From a virus (lineage: Duplodnaviria > Heunggongvirae > Uroviricota > Caudoviricetes), in IMG/VR virus record IMGVR_UViG_3300022555_000011, positions 19,381-83,380 of that record: DNA of 64,000 nt. One strand, given 5' to 3'. The notes under the pieces are model-generated. The model had not been told where the DNA came from. It was given only the letters and a program-made list of their open reading frames with translations, and made no database searches. Within the stretch, counting starts at the first letter, position 1; the number at the start of each line of letters is the position of its first letter. Of the stretch, positions 55,852-64,000 are shown piece by piece. The position numbers and the translations under genes were made by a program.

Positions 55852-56712
55852 TTAATTTTTAATTGAGTCAAGTGCTTCAATAACCCTTCTGCTCTCTCTT
55901 GCGATAACTGAGGTGCTACTATCTTTGAATAATTCAATGTATGCTGAGTACAAAACTTTGGCATTCAATGTGATGTCTTCTACTTTGTTGATGTCAGCGG
56001 CAGTAAGATTGCTCAAAGTTGAATAATTTTTTCTGAAACCATATTCATACATCAGTCTTTTACCAAGTGCTGCAAGTTTCAATTCAACGCTTTTTACAAC
56101 TTTGCCATTCTTGTCAAAAAGAATTGACTTTGCAAATTCGACGATTGTTACTTCTTTGTTTTTCAAATCTTCAATAGTTTTGATATGAAAATCAATGTTC
56201 ATATTGAAGTTAATCAAATTGTCAGAGAAGGATTTAATTTTGTCTGGCAAAGATGATTTGTAGTGCTTGTTGCTGAAACTTGTCAAAATTGTGGTTGATG
56301 TTGCTCTTTTGCCTTTTTCAATTTTAACCAAACCAACATTCATTGAAAGAGCTTTAGATTTGTCAGTTGAGTTGACAATATTGATGGTTTTTTCATACCT
56401 TTCATTGTCGATGTATAATTCATCACCAACTAAATTGATTTCTTGCTCACCACTTGCGATTTTAAGTCTGTAAACTTCAGGTGTGAAATATTTTTGAATT
56501 TCAGACAAAATTGATTTTGAAAAATTGGTGAAATCAAAATTGTAATAGATTTTAGAAACTTCTACTCTACAAATTTCACGACCATCATACCTTGTAACCA
56601 AAAAACCATCTTCAATCTGATTGTCGAATTTGTCGAGGTCATCGTTCAATTTAACTGAATCAAATACTTTTGTAACTGCAACTGTTCTGTTTGGGAAGTA
56701 AAATCTTTTCAT
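55852..56712 (-). CDS. hypothetical protein, possibly DUF932-like
   Basis: IVNSTDKSKALSMNVGL resembles the DUF932 NSHDGS region; own TATCTTTG promoter. Confidence 0.5.
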   Translation of the reverse strand: MKRFYFPNRTVAVTKVFDSVKLNDDLDKFDNQIEDGFLVTRYDGREICRVEVSKIYYNFDFTNFSKSILSEIQKYFTPEVYRLKIASGEQEINLVGDELYIDNERYEKTINIVNSTDKSKALSMNVGLVKIEKGKRATSTTILTSFSNKHYKSSLPDKIKSFSDNLINFNMNIDFHIKTIEDLKNKEVTIVEFAKSILFDKNGKVVKSVELKLAALGKRLMYEYGFRKNYSTLSNLTAADINKVEDITLNAKVLYSAYIELFKDSSTSVIARESRRVIEALDSIKN

Positions 56713-56745
56713 AATGAATTGTGTGTTTGTTTTTATTTGACTCTA

Positions 56746-56776
56746 CAAAGATAGTGGTTTAAATTGATACTACCAA
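56746..56776 (-). promoter_or_regulatory. Bacteroidota primary-sigma promoter TTG-N20-TATCTTTG
   Basis: Matches the -33 TTG / -7 TAnnTTTG consensus, 34 nt upstream of ATG 56712. Confidence 0.65.
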
Positions 56777-56916
56777 GGAATTACTAACTTATCTTGCATG
56801 TTTTTTGACTTTTTTTCAAAAAATCTTATTAATATATAAAGATGTAAAAAAGACAATAAAATGATTTTTTACAGAAAAAAATTTAATATATATACCATAA
56901 AAATAATTTTTTAATT

Positions 56917-59900
56917 ATGCCAATCAAAGACAAAGATTTCGGAAAATACAACAGACCAGATGTCTACATAGAAGAGATTGATAGTAGTATCATAGAACTT
57001 CCAGTACAGAACGTTCTAGTAAATTTAGTTCCTGGTTTTTCCAAAAAGGGACCTTTTAACGCACCAATTTATGTTACAAATCCTAACGATTTTACTGCAA
57101 TTTTTGGTGATGATGATAGAAGGTTAGAAAATAAAGGCTCATTTTTTCATAAAACAGTAAAACAAATGTTGAAAAATGGTCCTGTTTGGGCTTTAAATCT
57201 CTTAGCCACAAACCCAAATAGAGACAAGGTTGACTGGCAATCTATCTCAGTATCTTCTCAATATCAAAACGGTGATGTCACAAGATCAGCTTATGAGTCA
57301 TTTTTTAACCGTCAAGATTTCTGGGAGAGAGATTCTGACGCATTCTTAAATGTAGTTAAAGCTAACAATTTTGGTGTTCAAGATAATCAAAAACTTTTCC
57401 ACATTACAAATATGGGTGATAAAGATATTACTGTATTTATGTTTAAATCTAGTATTACTGGATTTGATGTAACAGCAGAAGAATGGTATGGCGATAGAAC
57501 AAAAGTTCCACCATATATTGATTATAGAGAATGGATTTCAGATTACCTAGTTGAGGTAGTTGTAGTTGCTGGTGATTGGTCAGATTATAAAACTTTGAGC
57601 AATGATACTACATTTAGTAAATACTTCAATAGAAATGGTTTAATGAAAACACAAGTTAATAACTTTCTTAATGAGAGAACAGTAACTGTTTTAGGTAAAT
57701 ATGATGTTTCTTTAATTCCATATTTCAAAGATATTAATAATAGAGATATGTATATAAAGAGTATTATTAATAATAATACTGATACAACTGGTTTATTCTG
57801 TACATATAATGAAGATTCATTATTAGAAGCAGATTTTAAACTTGGTAATCTTGATATTATAGGTGATGTTATTGTAGGAGAAGATATTAGTAATATTAAA
57901 TTTATGTCATATGAAGCAACTCTTAAAGAAACATTAACATATGCTCAAAAATATCTAGATTCAAGCAATAATGTTATAACTAACAATGTTGATAGTTTAT
58001 TGCCATCAGTATTTCCAAATAGAACTGGAATTTATACTAATGGAAGTACTTTTGGTATTTCTTTTGATTCTGGTGTTACATTAAGCGGTGGAAGTATAGG
58101 AAGTACAATTCTTGTTGGATTTTTAGGATCAGCATCAGCACATTTTGTTTTGAATGGTGTTGTTACAACAGGATTTACAGGTGATATAGTCACATTGAGT
58201 GCTATATCATATGCAACTGGTTCAAGATATGATGTACTTTATCTTACAAGTGATAAAAAAGTTAATATTTTGTATGGCGCTGCTTCTAATACCACAACAG
58301 GAGCAAAACAACCAGATTATACTTTTAGCTTAGATAGTACAATAATTTTAGGTTACGTTAAACTTGTAAATTCAAGTGAAAATTATACTTTGAATTATTA
58401 CCCAGTAACTGTTGATACAACTGGATATCTTCCTTTGAATCAAATTCCTGGATATGGAGTTAAAGCAGATGGTAGTGGATATGATACATTGGGAACATAT
58501 GTAAAAGTCGAATTTACTGGAACATCAGGTAAAACTGGAACATATAATGATTATGGCTATTTAAGAGCTATGCAAGCTTTTAATGAAATGTATGATAAAA
58601 CCACAACTCAAAGTGTCATGGTTCAATATTCTGGATTAACATCATTGACATTTATGGATGGTATTAAAGTGCCAGTCACTTCAATAATGCCAATAGACGC
58701 AACTTCAACTTCAAATGCAAGTATTAAAATTTATGTTGTCGATGCAATTAAATGTGCAACAAGTGATACATTCTTACTTTATTATGTGGATGATGAATTT
58801 TTATTCAGCAATATAGGTGACACAAATACATTAATAACTAGATATACAGTTGCTGGTGATACACTTTTACCTTTAAAAGGTGTTGTTGCAACTTATTCAC
58901 AATTGTATCAAGATTATTATAATGGTATAATAAATAATTTAGATTATTTCTATGAAAATAATAATAGTGGTGGTACAACTAAGATTTTCTTAAAAATGTT
59001 TTTAGATCAAAACAATGTGTTGACAGTTAATTTCTTATCAACTGTAAATCCTGATACTCAATATAGCATATCTTATTCAAATTGGGAAAATTTATATTTA
59101 TTTGAATTGGATATTCATTCAAATAGATCAAATTGGGAACAATCAGTTGAAATTGAAGATTGGTTTGGTGATGATCTTAATACTTGCCAACAAATTTGGG
59201 TGAATAAGAATAGATATTCTGAAATTACTAAAGGTAGTTTCTTAGCAGCTTATTATGATGTTGCTTATTACGAACCACCAAGTGGACAAGGCTATTTAGA
59301 TGGTGCTGTACCAAGGAAATTGACTAGAATTATTAATGTTAAGAATGATCCAAATAATGTTGATCTTAAAATTCTTTATACAGATGCACCTATTATGATT
59401 TCAAATTATAATATTTCTGTAACAGGCGGAACACTTGTTGATTATCAAACATTTACATACCCATCAATTGATGCTTATGTTGATGAATATAAAGCCTTGA
59501 AAATTTCTCCTTTTGTTGTACACACAGACTCTATTCCTAATGGTACAGATGCAAGACAAAACTCTATTCTTAATATTATTGGTATGGATACTAACCTTGC
59601 AAAAGGATTAGCAGACAAAAATAAAATTTCTTGGAGATACCTTGTAGATTCATTTGGCTTAGGACTTGTTCCAATGGACGGATTTGGATCAAAACAACAA
59701 TTAGCTGACCTTTGTGGTATGAAATTGAATTGCCTTGGATTTATTAATATGCCAAGTGCAAAAATATTCAGAGAATCAACTAATCCTTCATTTGTTAATG
59801 ATGATGGTTCACTTAACCTTGCATATGTAAAAGCAGGTGCTGATGAAAGCAAGAATCCAGATTTTTATTACCAATTTGCACAAAAACATGGACAAATTGA

Positions 59901-60552
59901 TGGTAGAAGCACAGTAGGATATTTCTTCCCATATATCAGAATTTATGACAATGGTATTCCTAAATGGGTTCCACCATCATCATATGCCGCAACTACTTAT
60001 ATGCAAAAATTCACCTCTAATGTTGCAGGAATGTTACCTTGGACAATTTGTGCAGGTATCACTAATGGTAGAATCCAAAATATCACTAAAACTGAAATGG
60101 ATTTCACTAATACTGATCTTTCTAACTTACATCAAATGAACGCAAACCCAATTGTTTACAAAATAAACAATGGATATTGTATCAATGATGAAGCAACAGC
60201 ACAAGTATTTCCATACAGTTCACTTAGCTTCTTACATTCAAGAGAAGTACTTATTGAACTTGAAAATAGACTTTATGATATGTTATTAAGATATCAGTGG
60301 AGTTTCAATACACCTGAAATTAGAGCAGAGATTAAATATCGTGCTGACAAAATCTGTAAGGATATGTTAGATAATGATGCTTTCTATGATTTCTGGAATG
60401 TATGTGATGCAACTAATAATACTGATTATGTAATAGATTTACAGATGGGTGTGCTTGACACATATGTGGAAATTATTAAAGGCATGGGAATTATTGTAAA
60501 TAATATTACAATCATGAAAAAGGGTGATATTCAGTCTATGGGCTTCAAATAA
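56917..60552 (+). CDS. contractile tail sheath protein (T4 gp18-like, 1211 aa)
   Basis: N-terminal RPDVYIEEID...GFSKKGPFN; C-terminal WVPPS..AGITNG..ANPI..VREVLIELE. Confidence 0.9.
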   Translation: MPIKDKDFGKYNRPDVYIEEIDSSIIELPVQNVLVNLVPGFSKKGPFNAPIYVTNPNDFTAIFGDDDRRLENKGSFFHKTVKQMLKNGPVWALNLLATNPNRDKVDWQSISVSSQYQNGDVTRSAYESFFNRQDFWERDSDAFLNVVKANNFGVQDNQKLFHITNMGDKDITVFMFKSSITGFDVTAEEWYGDRTKVPPYIDYREWISDYLVEVVVVAGDWSDYKTLSNDTTFSKYFNRNGLMKTQVNNFLNERTVTVLGKYDVSLIPYFKDINNRDMYIKSIINNNTDTTGLFCTYNEDSLLEADFKLGNLDIIGDVIVGEDISNIKFMSYEATLKETLTYAQKYLDSSNNVITNNVDSLLPSVFPNRTGIYTNGSTFGISFDSGVTLSGGSIGSTILVGFLGSASAHFVLNGVVTTGFTGDIVTLSAISYATGSRYDVLYLTSDKKVNILYGAASNTTTGAKQPDYTFSLDSTIILGYVKLVNSSENYTLNYYPVTVDTTGYLPLNQIPGYGVKADGSGYDTLGTYVKVEFTGTSGKTGTYNDYGYLRAMQAFNEMYDKTTTQSVMVQYSGLTSLTFMDGIKVPVTSIMPIDATSTSNASIKIYVVDAIKCATSDTFLLYYVDDEFLFSNIGDTNTLITRYTVAGDTLLPLKGVVATYSQLYQDYYNGIINNLDYFYENNNSGGTTKIFLKMFLDQNNVLTVNFLSTVNPDTQYSISYSNWENLYLFELDIHSNRSNWEQSVEIEDWFGDDLNTCQQIWVNKNRYSEITKGSFLAAYYDVAYYEPPSGQGYLDGAVPRKLTRIINVKNDPNNVDLKILYTDAPIMISNYNISVTGGTLVDYQTFTYPSIDAYVDEYKALKISPFVVHTDSIPNGTDARQNSILNIIGMDTNLAKGLADKNKISWRYLVDSFGLGLVPMDGFGSKQQLADLCGMKLNCLGFINMPSAKIFRESTNPSFVNDDGSLNLAYVKAGADESKNPDFYYQFAQKHGQIDGRSTVGYFFPYIRIYDNGIPKWVPPSSYAATTYMQKFTSNVAGMLPWTICAGITNGRIQNITKTEMDFTNTDLSNLHQMNANPIVYKINNGYCINDEATAQVFPYSSLSFLHSREVLIELENRLYDMLLRYQWSFNTPEIRAEIKYRADKICKDMLDNDAFYDFWNVCDATNNTDYVIDLQMGVLDTYVEIIKGMGIIVNNITIMKKGDIQSMGFK

Positions 60553-60567
60553 TCAATATATTAGATT

Positions 60568-60607
60568 AAATAAGAAAAGGAAGGATTTATTCTTCCTTTT
60601 CTTATTT
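60568..60607 (+). terminator. intrinsic terminator after the sheath gene
   Basis: aaataagaaaaggaag-gatttatt-cttccttttcttattt. Confidence 0.85.
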
Positions 60608-60657
60608 TAAATAAACTTCATATTTTTTTATTTATATATAAGGAATAAAAGATACTT

Positions 60658-62241
60658 ATGATGAATATGAATGTAGAGATAATAAAGAAAGAAAATGGTC
60701 CTTCTGGTAGGATGTATGTTGAAAAATATGTTAAAAATAATTATACAGAAATTTATGAAGATATTATAAAATTTTGTGAAGAAAAATTAAATGATTTACC
60801 TTTTAAAGAGAAAGTTTATCATTATGTTAACAATGTTTTAGATGCAGTTTATTGTAATAATCCAAATTGCAATGAATTAGTTAAATTTAAGAATTCAACT
60901 ATAGGATATTATAAATATTGTTCAAATAAGTGTGTTAGTAGAGATCCTGGTATAAAAAAAGAAAAAGAAGACAAGTCGTATGAAAAATATGGCACTAAAG
61001 CTCCTGGGATGAATAAAGATGTAAAAGAAAAAATGATAAAAACAAATAACGAAAAGTATGGTCATAATAGTCCTTTACAAAATAAAGAAATTAAAGATAA
61101 AGCAATAAAAACCTTAGTTAAAAATTATGGGGTTGATAATCCTGGTAAATCAGAAATTTTAGTAGAAAGAAGAATACAAAGTTTTAGTAGAAGTATGAAA
61201 AATAAATACCTAGAAATATTAAAACCTTATGGTATTAAAGATATTGATTATAAAAATAAAATTATGTATTTTAATTGCTCTGAGTGTAGAAATGATTTTG
61301 ATTTGCATTTAGATCTTTTTCATAATAGAAAAATAACAAGTACTATATTATGTACACATTGCAATCCAATAGATTCTCATATATCAGGCCAAGAAATACA
61401 ATTACAACAATTTATTAAGAATAATTATAGTGGAAATATTCTTTTTAATAATAGAGTACTATTAAAACCTTATGAATTAGACGTATATTTACCAGATTTA
61501 AAATTGGGATTTGAATTTAATGGTTTATTTTACCATAGTGAAAAATGTGTAGAAAGTAATTATCATTTGAAAAAAACAGAATTGTCTGAAAGTAATGGTA
61601 TTAAATTAATACAAATATTTGAGGATGATTGGACATATAAACAGGATATTATAAAATCAATGATTATGAATCATATAATGAAAAACGATAAAATATATGC
61701 TAGAAAAACAGAAATTAAAGAAATAGATGATACTGAATTATTAAGAAATTTTTTGGAAACAAATCATATTCAAGGATTTATTGGCGCACAAGTGAAAATT
61801 GGATTATTTTATAATAACGAATTAGTCTCTTTAATGACTTTTGGTAAACAAAGAAAAAATATGGGAATTAAAAGTTTACCCGATACATATGAATTGTTAA
61901 GATTCTGCAATAAATTAAATACAACTGTGATTGGAGGAGCGTCTAAATTATTTAATTATTTTATTAAAAATTATAATCCAAATGAAATTATCACATATGC
62001 AAATAGATTTTTTAGTAAAGGTGATTTATATAAACAATTAGGATTTGAATTTGTGCATAAAACTCAACCGAATTATTATTATATAATAAATAAATTAAGA
62101 AAAAACAGGTTTAATTTTAGAAAAGATGTTCTTGTTAAAGATGGCTTTGATAAAAATAAAACAGAAAGAGAAATAATGTTGGAAAGAAAAATTTATAGAA
62201 TATATGACTCGGGTCAATTGAAATTTATTTGGAAAAAATAA
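60658..62241 (+). CDS. Hef-like homing endonuclease
   Basis: KYG repeats, [21 protein letters not shown]; C-terminal NHIQG...MTFG...ELLRFC...GGASKL; true start may be 60661 or 60667. Confidence 0.72.
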   Translation: MMNMNVEIIKKENGPSGRMYVEKYVKNNYTEIYEDIIKFCEEKLNDLPFKEKVYHYVNNVLDAVYCNNPNCNELVKFKNSTIGYYKYCSNKCVSRDPGIKKEKEDKSYEKYGTKAPGMNKDVKEKMIKTNNEKYGHNSPLQNKEIKDKAIKTLVKNYGVDNPGKSEILVERRIQSFSRSMKNKYLEILKPYGIKDIDYKNKIMYFNCSECRNDFDLHLDLFHNRKITSTILCTHCNPIDSHISGQEIQLQQFIKNNYSGNILFNNRVLLKPYELDVYLPDLKLGFEFNGLFYHSEKCVESNYHLKKTELSESNGIKLIQIFEDDWTYKQDIIKSMIMNHIMKNDKIYARKTEIKEIDDTELLRNFLETNHIQGFIGAQVKIGLFYNNELVSLMTFGKQRKNMGIKSLPDTYELLRFCNKLNTTVIGGASKLFNYFIKNYNPNEIITYANRFFSKGDLYKQLGFEFVHKTQPNYYYIINKLRKNRFNFRKDVLVKDGFDKNKTEREIMLERKIYRIYDSGQLKFIWKK

Positions 62242-62270
62242 AAAAAGGGAGAATTAATTCTTCCTTTTTT
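62241..62270 (+). terminator. intrinsic terminator
   Basis: aaaaaagggagaatt-aattcttcctttttt. Confidence 0.65.
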
Positions 62271-62380
62271 TGTGCCAAAACAAAAACAAATCTATTTAGA
62301 ATTATTATAAATAAGAAAAGAAATTTAAAAATAATTGAATATTGTCATAGATGGGCTCGTCGGATTTTTATATATAGAAT

Positions 62381-63193
62381 ATGGAAACAACTTATATTTA
62401 TATCTTAAAAGATCCAATAACTTATGATGTTCGTTATGTTGGCAAATCTAATAATCCAAAAAGAAGATTAATGTCACATATGAGAAAAAACAAAGATTTA
62501 GGAACTCATAAGAGAAATTGGATAAATTCACTTAATTCCAAACCTATATTGGAAATTATTAAAGAAGTTCCAAAAAAAGAATGGCAAGAATATGAAAAAT
62601 ATTATATAGAATATTATATATCACTTGGTTGTAATTTGGTAAATTGGGGTGATGGTGGTGAGGGATTAACTTATGGTAATCAAACATCATTTAAAAAAGG
62701 TCATAGTGGAAGAAAAGTTGTTGCTATAACAAAAGACGGAGAATTGTTCAAAGAATTTGATAGTGGAAAAATGCTATCAGAGTATTTTGATAAAGTTGGA
62801 AATGGTGGATTTTATCAAGTTTTAAAAAAGAATAGACGGTTTTTTGTTGGTTATAATTATTTGTATTATGATGAGTATATAAATATGAGTGATGAGGATA
62901 TGAAAAAACATCTTGATTGGTTAAATAATTATGCAGATAAGAGAGAAATCGGTATACAGAATGGATTTAAAAAGGGTCGTAAAACTTGGCATGGCGCTAA
63001 ATTAAACCTTGATATAATACATAATGGAAAGCAAGTTGAACAGTATTCATTAACTGGCGAATTTATTAAACTTTGGAAAAATACCGCAGTTGCTTGTAGA
63101 GAATTAAATATGTCACGGGGCTGTGTGAGTAATTGTGCAAATAATAAAGTAAATACTGCTGGTGGATTTAAATGGAAATATAAAAATAAATAA
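62381..63193 (+). CDS. GIY-YIG homing endonuclease with NUMOD-type tail
   Basis: YIYILKDP...RYVGKS..PKRRL..H, GDGGEG, VEQYSL...CAN...GGFKW. Confidence 0.82.
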   Translation: METTYIYILKDPITYDVRYVGKSNNPKRRLMSHMRKNKDLGTHKRNWINSLNSKPILEIIKEVPKKEWQEYEKYYIEYYISLGCNLVNWGDGGEGLTYGNQTSFKKGHSGRKVVAITKDGELFKEFDSGKMLSEYFDKVGNGGFYQVLKKNRRFFVGYNYLYYDEYINMSDEDMKKHLDWLNNYADKREIGIQNGFKKGRKTWHGAKLNLDIIHNGKQVEQYSLTGEFIKLWKNTAVACRELNMSRGCVSNCANNKVNTAGGFKWKYKNK

Positions 63194-63200
63194 AACAATT

Positions 63201-63809
63201 ATGGAAGTTTCAATCGAAGGAACAGTGGGTTCGGGAAAATCCACCTTTGGTAAATTCTTATCAGAGAAAATTAATATAAAATTATATGAAGAATTAGTGA
63301 ATAGTGATACACCAGTATTATTAGATAAATTTTATAAAAAACAAAAAAGATGGTCATTTGCATTACAAATTCATTTTCTAAATGAAAGATTTAGAATGAT
63401 TAAAGAAATTAATAAATTAGAAAGTGGAATTCTTGATAGAAGTATATATGGTGATAGTATTTTTGCACAACTTCTTCACGAAGATGATAAGATGTCAAAA
63501 GAAGAGTATAATACTTATAAAACATTACTTAATAATATGTTAGAACATGTAGAGCCACCACAATTAATGATATATTTAAAATGCTCAACCGAAACAGCAA
63601 TTCAAAGAATAGCAACAAGAAATAGAGGAATAGAATCTGAAGTTCCAATTAATTATTGGATGAGACTAAATGATAAATACGAATCTTGGTTTAATGAATA
63701 TAATTTATCAGAAAAATTATGTCTTAATGTTGATCATTTTAATGTCTTTGATGAAAAAGAACGAGAGGGATATCTAAATATTATTGTTAATAAAATAAAA
63801 ATATTTTGA
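63201..63809 (+). CDS. deoxynucleoside kinase
   Basis: IEGTVGSGKST, WSFALQIHFL..R, DRSIYGD, RIATRNR; ATG 63201. Confidence 0.9.
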   Translation: MEVSIEGTVGSGKSTFGKFLSEKINIKLYEELVNSDTPVLLDKFYKKQKRWSFALQIHFLNERFRMIKEINKLESGILDRSIYGDSIFAQLLHEDDKMSKEEYNTYKTLLNNMLEHVEPPQLMIYLKCSTETAIQRIATRNRGIESEVPINYWMRLNDKYESWFNEYNLSEKLCLNVDHFNVFDEKEREGYLNIIVNKIKIF

Positions 63810-64000
63810 CTATAAAGATGTTTGATGTATTTTTTCCAATTTTTGTTTTCTAATTTCAGAAATAGTTAAAAACCAATCTTTTGGACATAAGCAATACTCA
63901 GAATTATCATCATAAAAAAAATACCAATCTAAGTATAATTCATTATCTTTTGTTACTACATTATATATTTTATTAATGGTTAAACCTTCTTTATAATTAT
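63810..64000 (-). CDS. partial hypothetical protein (5' end outside window), ends EIRKQKLEKIHQTSL
   Basis: Manual translation; open to the window edge; resembles the 20320-20607 family. Confidence 0.55.
   Translation of the reverse strand, partial: NYKEGLTINKIYNVVTKDNELYLDWYFFYDDNSEYCLCPKDWFLTISEIRKQKLEKIHQTSL

Noticed and set aside
55713-55964. 83-aa ORF as listed in the track
   Set aside because: Its 5' part overlaps 55852-56712 by more than 100 nt; the shorter start at 55847 is more plausible.
62281-62400. Start-sequestering hairpin before the last GIY-YIG gene (also sought at 14590 and 36100)
   Set aside because: Only short or AU-only pairings (9 bp or less) were found, not distinguishable from background in this AT-rich DNA.
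319-63198. Short shadow ORFs in the track (e.g. 319-507, 1736-1927, 2231-2491, 5918-6160, 8769-9089, 26473-26883, 35219-35659, 52016-52468, 59475-59852, 62929-63198)
   Set aside because: They are antisense or off-frame within well-supported genes and have no recognisable motifs.
1-64000. Stop-codon reassignment, tRNA or rRNA genes
   Set aside because: Conserved genes are full length under the standard code and end at TAA, TAG or TGA; intergenic gaps are short and AT-rich, with no cloverleaf seen by eye.

Overview
A 64-kb, very AT-rich segment of a large T4-like (contractile-tailed, probably jumbo) phage. It uses the standard code, and I saw no tRNA, rRNA or CRISPR array. TAnnTTTG promoters and SD-less, A-rich start regions point to a Bacteroidota host. 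It encodes a tail sheath and baseplate module, UvsX/RecA, a DnaB-like helicase, a class II RNR, dNK, DnaJ, an ECF sigma factor, a MoxR/vWA pair, a rhomboid protease, glycosylation enzymes, TnpB and about 12 free-standing homing-type endonucleases. Three observations stand out. (1) Three fractured genes (AAA ATPase, UvsX/RecA, NrdJ) are each broken into two ORFs carrying the halves of a split intein, with a free-standing endonuclease gene between them; one split is atypical (30-aa IntN), and the NrdJ C-half also carries a second, contiguous HNH intein at the catalytic Cys. (2) Several endonuclease genes have a hairpin that would bury the start region, with a TATATA late-type promoter between the arms. 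(3) About 14 proteins in the first 14.5 kb share an N-terminal leader (MKHLKTFES-like) resembling the T4 capsid-targeting sequence, including enzyme-like cargo. Family calls come from motif recognition only; no searches were run.
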